A stretch of 64,000 nt of DNA. Source: Bacteroidota bacterium (GTDB lineage: Bacteria; Bacteroidota; Bacteroidia; UKL13-3). The notes below the pieces were generated by a model. The model worked only from the letters and a program-made list of their open reading frames with translations. It made no database searches and had not been told where the DNA came from. Shown here piece after piece: positions 57,727 through 64,000 of the stretch. Numbering within the stretch: position 1 is the stretch's first letter; the number at the start of each line of letters is the position of its first letter. The DNA lies in assembly GCA_046309355.1 (NCBI GenBank), contig JBKCPL010000062.1:778-64777 (forward strand). The letters run 5' to 3'. Both the position numbers and the translations under genes were made by a program.

Positions 57727-58250
57727 TGAACAACGAACAGGATAGCATTCAACCCATTGAAAACCGCGTAGCCGGCAGCGGGCTTCTTACGCTAAACCTA
57801 GAAGAGTATTTCCATTCCGGTGAACGTGTGGTGCTGGATATACAGCCCTGGCTTTTTCACGGCATTATTCTGAAGGAAAAAGACTTCAGAGAAACGGTAA
57901 AGCAACACGACTGGAAGCAGTACGACAACAAAAATGTGGCTTTTATATGCTCGGCTGATGCGATAGTGCCCACCTGGGCTTACATGCTGTTGGCTGTAAA
58001 TATTGAACCCTACGCCCACCGTTATGTTTTTGGTAGCATTACGATGCTGAACGATGTGCTGTATCAGGATGCACTGAGAAGCATTGACTATGAAAGTTTC
58101 AGAGATGCGCGGGTCATTGTAAAAGGGTGCAGCGATGTGCCAGTACCTGTAAGTGCCTACGTTGAAATTACACACCGTCTTATGCCCTTTGCCAAAAGCA
58201 TAATGTATGGCGAGGCTTGCAGCAATGTTCCCATCTGGAAACGCAAATAA
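57726..58250 (+). CDS. DUF2480-like protein
   Basis: 174 aa. It sits directly after glyQS, a conserved pairing in Bacteroidota as I recall it. Confidence 0.45.
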   Translation: MNNEQDSIQPIENRVAGSGLLTLNLEEYFHSGERVVLDIQPWLFHGIILKEKDFRETVKQHDWKQYDNKNVAFICSADAIVPTWAYMLLAVNIEPYAHRYVFGSITMLNDVLYQDALRSIDYESFRDARVIVKGCSDVPVPVSAYVEITHRLMPFAKSIMYGEACSNVPIWKRK

Positions 58251-58274
58251 TACCTGATGATATATGTAAAAAAA

Positions 58275-58344
58275 ATGCCGCTTTAAGCGGCATTTTTTAT
58301 TGGGAGTAAACAATAAGGGCGGGCGCTACGCGCCCGCCCTTATT
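58275..58344. terminator. pair of bidirectional intrinsic terminators between convergent genes
   Basis: The first hairpin is AAAAAATGCCGCTTTAAGCGGCATTTTTT. The second is AATAAGGGCGGGCGCTACGCGCCCGCCCTTATT, a 15-bp stem. Confidence 0.75.
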
Positions 58345-58368
58345 GTTTACATAGAGTTAACTCTACCC

Positions 58369-61300
58369 TTAGTTGGTTTTAACCACTTTCAGGGTTGTGC
58401 TTTCTGTACCGTTGAGTCGCACAAAGTATATTCCACCTTTCAGTTTATCCAACTCATCCATAGCTATACGGTTCATACCTTTTTCAATCAGAACTTCGCG
58501 AGTGCTAATTACTCTGCCCTGAATATCGGTAATCGTCAATGTATAGTCTGCATCTTGCAGGCTTACAACTTCTACCTGAAGTCCGGTGTTGAATGGATTT
58601 GGATATGCTTTAACCGATGTCACGGCTCTGGTATCGCGGTTTACACTAACCACTGAGCTTAAGGTTTCAGTTCCGTCAAAGTCAATCTGACGCAGGCGAT
58701 AGTACAATGTGTTGGCCTGAGCAACAGCAAATGCTCCTTCATCCAACAATTCATAATTAACACGTACCACGCTGTATTCTTTACCATTTACAAACTTGAT
58801 TTCAGTAAAGTTCTCACCGTCAGCCGAACGCTCAACGCTGAATCCACGGTTATTTTGTTCGCTAGCAGTGGTCCAGGTCAGCAGTACATCTTCATTCAAT
58901 CCTTTGCCCTCAAATGCTATCAGGTTAACAGGTAGAGCTGTTGCTAAACTATCCCCTACTGTAAAGAAGCTTAAGCTGCTTACACCTGATATACTGCGAG
59001 AGTAAGGATCTGTACCGGTTGCTGCTCCAAACGATGTACCTACGTATGTCCACTTGCTGTTTGCTGTGTTATAACGCGAAACAGCTGATTGTGTACGGTT
59101 GAATCCACCCACTTCTTCTGCCGAATTCCAAGTAAGCGTAATCGTAGCGTTAGAACCACCTGCTACTGATTCGCTGATTGCCCATGTACGGTCAACCATG
59201 CTGGTAGCCAATGGCAATCCTGAGTTTCCGTTAACCAATACTCCGTTAAACACGCGTACCGATATTACATCTGTTGTTGAAGAACCATTCAGCTGTACCT
59301 GAGCCGGGGTAAATGATGTGAGTGAACCTACAGGGTAAGATACGTTGGTAGAATTATTCTGAACTGTTCTGTTTAATGAACCGATACCATTAGTTTTTAC
59401 ATAGTTTGTAGAGCTGGCATTTACTATTGAACCGGTTGAACCTATGGTCAGGTTATTGGCACCTAAACGTACTGAACCTGTAATAAATTCAAGATGTCTG
59501 TTCACGGTAAGGCTGGTATTCAGAATCAAATCGCCTGATCCAAGGTTAACTAGTACAGTATCTACGTTGCTTATAAGATTACCAGTATTCTGATTTCCTG
59601 TCAAGGCACTGTATTCTACTCTTGCTCCAGCATTGATAGTACGTGCACCGTTTACTTGTATATTACCAGTAATACCGGCTACTTCCAGGCCTTGAGGTGA
59701 TCCTACAATAAGGCGTGAACCTGATTGCGCAGTAAAGCTTCCGATACCCGAGAGTACTTCAGTACCGAAATTAATAGTACCACCGGTTTGTATTACAGTG
59801 TTTCCAAGAGCTGTTAGAGTACCACCTAAAGTAGCTACACCCGTTCCTGTAACGGTAATGGTATTGTAAGTACCCGATACTGTAGCGGCTGTTGAAACCA
59901 CCAAATCGGCAATTACCGTGTAAGGAGTTACAGATGTATCAGCACCTGAAGGCGTAACCACAATAATATTACCTGTGGTTGTTCCTGTAGCTACTACTGC
60001 TGTAATCTGAGATGAACTATTTACAGTGTAAGATGCTGCAGCAGTTCCGTTAAACGATACTGCAGTTGCACCTGTAAAGTTAGATCCTGTAATAACTACA
60101 GTTGATCCTACACCACCTGAACTTGGACTGAAACCGCTAATAGTTGGCGGCAAGGTAACAGTGAAGTTAGTACCGCTTGTGCCGGTTCCGGAACCATTAA
60201 CTACAGTTATTGCACCTGTAGATGCACCCGCTGGTACGGTAGCAGTTATGGTGGTTGTACTGTTTACTGTGAAAGATGAATTTACTCCATTAAATCTCAC
60301 ATTTGTTACTGCATTGAAATCTGTACCTGTAATAGTTACTGTAGTACCGGCAGGTCCTGTAGACGGTGTAAACGAGCTTACAGTTGGTGCTGGGAAAACT
60401 GTATACGGTGAGGATGACTCCACACTATCTGTACCATTGGTGACACGTATATTTCCTGTGGTTGCACCAGCAGGAACTGTCGTGTTAATGGTGGTATTAT
60501 TTACTACAGTAAATGCGGCATTCTGACCATTGAATCTAACACCTGTTGCCCATGTAAATCCAGTTCCTGTTATAGTTACAGCCGAACCGAATGTGCCTGA
60601 TGTAGGCGAGAACGAAGCAATGGTTGGAGCCGGTATTACTGTGAAATTAAATGCACTGGTTCCTGTACCAAATGAATTGGTAATTTGTATAGGACCTGTG
60701 GTTGCACCGGCAGGAACCGTAGTAGTAATGATAGTATCATTAACTACGGTGTAAACCGTTTGAGCCACACCATTGAAACTGATTGCACTTGCACCTGTAA
60801 ACAGTGTACCTCTGATTGTTACTGCAGCTCCTATTGATGCAGCAGATGGTGATACAACTGTAATAGTTGGAGGAGCAGCCAATTCGGTTCCGGTAAATGT
60901 TATAAATGAACCGGTAGATGAAAGACCGCCTACCGATGCTATTCCGGTAGAAGAATTAGAGGTAGTGGTAAACTGAGTTGTCCAAGCTGTAGGTACGGCC
61001 ACATCCGAAGTAGCCAGACGAATGTTATTCGCATTAATCGTTGTTCCAAGGGTAGCCGCATCGAAGTTGTAAACCAGTCCATAGTTATAGGGTGTAGTAC
61101 CACCGCTGATATCGGCACGTATGTAACAATTATTAAAGTTACCTGCCGGTGAAGATGGAGGATTTACACCTGTAAAGTCATATACTGTAGCACTGGTAGG
61201 TGCTGATGTTCCCCAGTTAATGGATGCAACCGGACGGTTGGCGAAAGTATACACTGTAGTTGTGTTGGAAGCGGGTGCTGCAGATGCTGTAGCCGCTATA

Positions 61301-64000
61301 GGCAGCATTGTAGGTGCGCTTGTCATGTGTGCCGAACCGATTGTAGTTGCTATACCTTGTGTGGTAGAACGAGCATTTCCGCTAAAGTCGATGTTCAGGT
61401 TATTGATTTCAGAACCCGTGATACCTTTACCATAGGCATACCATACTTCTGCATTCGATGTGTTCAGACCCAAGTTACCGGTAGCAATGCTGGTAAACAG
61501 GTTATTAATATTCAACTGACCTGCACCTGTTCCGGCTTGAACATAATAGCTAAGTATATCGCTGGATGTATTGTTACGCCAGTTGGCCAGGTTGTTGTTT
61601 CCTAAGCCCCACTCACCTACTGCATTCACATTGGCTGTTGAGAGCAGGTTGTAAGCTGAAGAGGTATTCAACCAGGTAGTATTGGAAGGAGAGCTGGCCT
61701 GATTCGAAAGTGCATAGTGGAAGCCTGTTCCACCGGTTCTTCTATTAACAATAATATTGTTTCTGAAATTATTGTATGTGTTAATTTCTGTACCGGTATT
61801 GTTTCCACGCAGGTAACCATAGGTATTCTGAATACCTGAAGTTGCTGCTCCGTCTATAACAATAGAGTTATTGTATGCATTGAGTGTAATAGCCACACTG
61901 TTGGTAAAGAGCCAGACACCTTTAATCTGAATATCCTGTGTCATTCCTGTACCCAGGGTAATCTGGTTATTTAATAAATAGATCTGGTTGGATGCTCCTG
62001 CTATAGCGATACCTGCTACTGTAGGTGTAGGGTTTAGACTCGTGCTGGTAGACGAGCTGGTGATGTCATAAACACGATTGCTTCGGAATATATTATCCTG
62101 ACCTGCTGTCATGTAAATACCATGAACTGAAGAAGGTGTTGCTCCGGTATTGGTTCCACGTATAGCATATACGGTATTGTTTATAACTGTATTAGTAGCG
62201 CTTGATGCTGAAACAACTATACCGGCTGCAATACCAGCTGTTGAAGTACTGATACTAGCGCTTCGCAGGTTATGAACAGTATTGTTCGCAATGGTAGGGA
62301 AAGCATTGTTCGTTACCAACATACCATACATTAAACCACCCGTACCCGTTGCTGTCGCAGTCATATTTGCAATGGTATTATTGCTGACGGTATAGCTGGG
62401 TGAATATGCAGCCAATACTGACAAGAACATTCCATAATGGGTAGTGTTACTGGCTATGCTGATGCTGTTAGCCGTTGTATTGTGCCCTATCGTATTTCCG
62501 CTGATATTGCCCACAACTGAACCATTTTGGTGATACAGTCCGATAAACTGGGGAGTTACATTAGCCACATTCATGTTTATTCCTTGTACATTGTTGTTTT
62601 GATAGGTCACATTATTAACACCAAAATAATGTATCCCATAGAACGTGCCTCCTGTTGACCACAATATGCTGTTCGTATTGGTTGGATGACCAATTTGGTT
62701 GTTGTTTATAACAGCATTACCTGCTTCAACACGTATACCTGTAAATAGTTGAGTAGCGGCATTGTTTGTAAACGCCAGATTTTGAACCGTATTGTTATTG
62801 AATAGTGAGTTGGCACCATTACCTACGCTGGCGCGTATACCATAGAATCCTATGTTATTAGGGTTGGTCCAAGCTGTACCTCCACAGTTAGGTGCACTAC
62901 CTCCAATGAAGTTATTCGACATATTATTACCACTCGAGAACGAGCCACCTAAGAATACTATACCTTGGAAGGTACCTGTAATATTTGGAACAAAACCGAG
63001 ACTGTAGAAGAAGCTGTTTCCTGTAATCACGAATCCGTCACCGTTGTTACCTACCACTCCCACACCGGCAACCACAAAGTTAGATATCTGATTATTGGTG
63101 ATTACGATATTATTGTTGTAAACATTTGGTTGACCAAAGGAATAGATACCCGCGTTACCAGGTATACCATCGGGTAGGGTAGCAATTGTATTGTTGGTTA
63201 GAATACAGTTAGTAACCGTATCGAATGAACATGGTGTAGTGAGGAACTGGCTATTGTTGCCCACACGAAACTCAATTGAACCACCGGCAGTATTCGAATT
63301 GCCTGATTCTACAATCAGGTTTCGCATAACCACTCCGCTGGCACTGCTCACTACAAACACGGCATTGCCTGTGTTGGCTGCGTAAGCACCTGTGGCCGCA
63401 ACGTTACGGAAACGCAACAACCGTTCAGTTGGTGAGCCACCGTTGCGTATACCGGTAAATTTAACCCGGTCAGCTCCTATTAGGGTGATTAAACCGTTAA
63501 CAGATGATGTATTTAGGAAATTACCCTGAACAGTTCTTGGAGAAGTAGCTGTTGCGTCAGGGCGAATGGTTAAGGTAAATGTACCTGCACCCGGTCCGTC
63601 TTCAGCGAATTTATTCAACTGAACCGCACCTGTTTCGTTTGTTATGTCCGATGTAATCTCAACAAATACATTTCCACCAAGTGTACGGTTATTAATAAAT
63701 TCAAACAAACCGCCTGCATTGGTAAGTGATGTATAGGTTTGACCGGCACCAACAGGTATAACTGTATTGGCAGCGATAACAGGAAGGAATGAGTAGCGGA
63801 ACGGATTAAGCGGATAATCCACTAAGCTGTTCACGTTTGTGCCTGTTGCTAAAGCAGGAAATGATTGCAAATTGCTTGCAGCATCCTGTGCCACTACAAA
63901 GTAGCGAATAGTATCAGTTTGACTTAATGCGGGTGAGAATGAGAGGTAATCAATACTAAATGAAGCTACAGCATTGGTTGAAGTACCGGTTACGGTAACC
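58369..64000 (-). CDS. very large T9SS-secreted protein (beta-helix region, 4 IPT/TIG repeats, pre-CTD module, type-A CTD); 5'-truncated by window edge
   Basis: The frame stays open to position 64000. The M at 63894 is a GTG inside the frame, not the start. Four Ig-like repeats each read TITG(T/S)xF...VxFNG...T...VPAGATTG.I.V. The CTD at 58372-58614 ends GIYFVRLNGTESTTLKVVKTN. Confidence 0.8.
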   Translation of the reverse strand, partial: VTVTGTSTNAVASFSIDYLSFSPALSQTDTIRYFVVAQDAASNLQSFPALATGTNVNSLVDYPLNPFRYSFLPVIAANTVIPVGAGQTYTSLTNAGGLFEFINNRTLGGNVFVEITSDITNETGAVQLNKFAEDGPGAGTFTLTIRPDATATSPRTVQGNFLNTSSVNGLITLIGADRVKFTGIRNGGSPTERLLRFRNVAATGAYAANTGNAVFVVSSASGVVMRNLIVESGNSNTAGGSIEFRVGNNSQFLTTPCSFDTVTNCILTNNTIATLPDGIPGNAGIYSFGQPNVYNNNIVITNNQISNFVVAGVGVVGNNGDGFVITGNSFFYSLGFVPNITGTFQGIVFLGGSFSSGNNMSNNFIGGSAPNCGGTAWTNPNNIGFYGIRASVGNGANSLFNNNTVQNLAFTNNAATQLFTGIRVEAGNAVINNNQIGHPTNTNSILWSTGGTFYGIHYFGVNNVTYQNNNVQGINMNVANVTPQFIGLYHQNGSVVGNISGNTIGHNTTANSISIASNTTHYGMFLSVLAAYSPSYTVSNNTIANMTATATGTGGLMYGMLVTNNAFPTIANNTVHNLRSASISTSTAGIAAGIVVSASSATNTVINNTVYAIRGTNTGATPSSVHGIYMTAGQDNIFRSNRVYDITSSSTSTSLNPTPTVAGIAIAGASNQIYLLNNQITLGTGMTQDIQIKGVWLFTNSVAITLNAYNNSIVIDGAATSGIQNTYGYLRGNNTGTEINTYNNFRNNIIVNRRTGGTGFHYALSNQASSPSNTTWLNTSSAYNLLSTANVNAVGEWGLGNNNLANWRNNTSSDILSYYVQAGTGAGQLNINNLFTSIATGNLGLNTSNAEVWYAYGKGITGSEINNLNIDFSGNARSTTQGIATTIGSAHMTSAPTMLPIAATASAAPASNTTTVYTFANRPVASINWGTSAPTSATVYDFTGVNPPSSPAGNFNNCYIRADISGGTTPYNYGLVYNFDAATLGTTINANNIRLATSDVAVPTAWTTQFTTTSNSSTGIASVGGLSSTGSFITFTGTELAAPPTITVVSPSAASIGAAVTIRGTLFTGASAISFNGVAQTVYTVVNDTIITTTVPAGATTGPIQITNSFGTGTSAFNFTVIPAPTIASFSPTSGTFGSAVTITGTGFTWATGVRFNGQNAAFTVVNNTTINTTVPAGATTGNIRVTNGTDSVESSSPYTVFPAPTVSSFTPSTGPAGTTVTITGTDFNAVTNVRFNGVNSSFTVNSTTTITATVPAGASTGAITVVNGSGTGTSGTNFTVTLPPTISGFSPSSGGVGSTVVITGSNFTGATAVSFNGTAAASYTVNSSSQITAVVATGTTTGNIIVVTPSGADTSVTPYTVIADLVVSTAATVSGTYNTITVTGTGVATLGGTLTALGNTVIQTGGTINFGTEVLSGIGSFTAQSGSRLIVGSPQGLEVAGITGNIQVNGARTINAGARVEYSALTGNQNTGNLISNVDTVLVNLGSGDLILNTSLTVNRHLEFITGSVRLGANNLTIGSTGSIVNASSTNYVKTNGIGSLNRTVQNNSTNVSYPVGSLTSFTPAQVQLNGSSTTDVISVRVFNGVLVNGNSGLPLATSMVDRTWAISESVAGGSNATITLTWNSAEEVGGFNRTQSAVSRYNTANSKWTYVGTSFGAATGTDPYSRSISGVSSLSFFTVGDSLATALPVNLIAFEGKGLNEDVLLTWTTASEQNNRGFSVERSADGENFTEIKFVNGKEYSVVRVNYELLDEGAFAVAQANTLYYRLRQIDFDGTETLSSVVSVNRDTRAVTSVKAYPNPFNTGLQVEVVSLQDADYTLTITDIQGRVISTREVLIEKGMNRIAMDELDKLKGGIYFVRLNGTESTTLKVVKTN

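Noticed and set aside
63892-63894. An 'M' start of the 1841-aa ORF at 63894.
   Set aside because: The codon is GTG. The same frame stays open through 64000 (...VTVTGTSTNAVASFSIDYLSFSPALSQTDTIRYFV-V-AQDAAS...). The gene therefore continues beyond the window and this is an internal Val.

Overview
This 64-kb window looks like a Bacteroidota chromosome segment. The phylum call rests on four proteins that end in T9SS type-A C-terminal sorting domains, and on DUF4293, DUF2480 and YfhO-type genes. It carries about 41 genes and one tRNA. Roughly half the window is accessory and cell-surface. At the left edge an AT-rich region precedes a class-II Fic AMPylase and small orphan genes, a CsgG-like lipoprotein and a divergent HTH regulator. 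Next comes a three-gene nutrient-uptake operon (T9SS-CTD protein, TonB-dependent receptor, lipoprotein). It is followed by two GT-C-like integral membrane proteins (YfhO family plus a 535-aa partner) and a threonine-dehydrogenase-like SDR. The most striking feature is a head-to-tail pair of giant (2548 and 2537 aa) paralogous T9SS cargo proteins. Each is built from repeated beta-sandwich modules and three GEVED-type domains (GETEDY motif). A third (1217 aa, LamG-like) and a fourth (more than 1875 aa, beta-helix plus four IPT/TIG repeats, truncated at the window edge) large T9SS protein are also present. All four share an unnamed module of about 108 aa, starting NPLPV, directly in front of the CTD. 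The remaining genes form an ordinary housekeeping block: ftcD, kup, tRNA-Gln, prs-rplY-pth, truA, a thiolase, DUF4293-thiL-ruvX-def, a sugar nucleotidyltransferase, glyA, a TIGR01777 oxidoreductase, ppx, glyQS. Inside this block sits a MerR regulator with a cobalamin-binding domain (CarH/LitR-like, putative light sensor). Clean intrinsic terminators (GC hairpin plus T-run) separate most convergent gene pairs. I saw no transposase, integrase, CRISPR array or rRNA.
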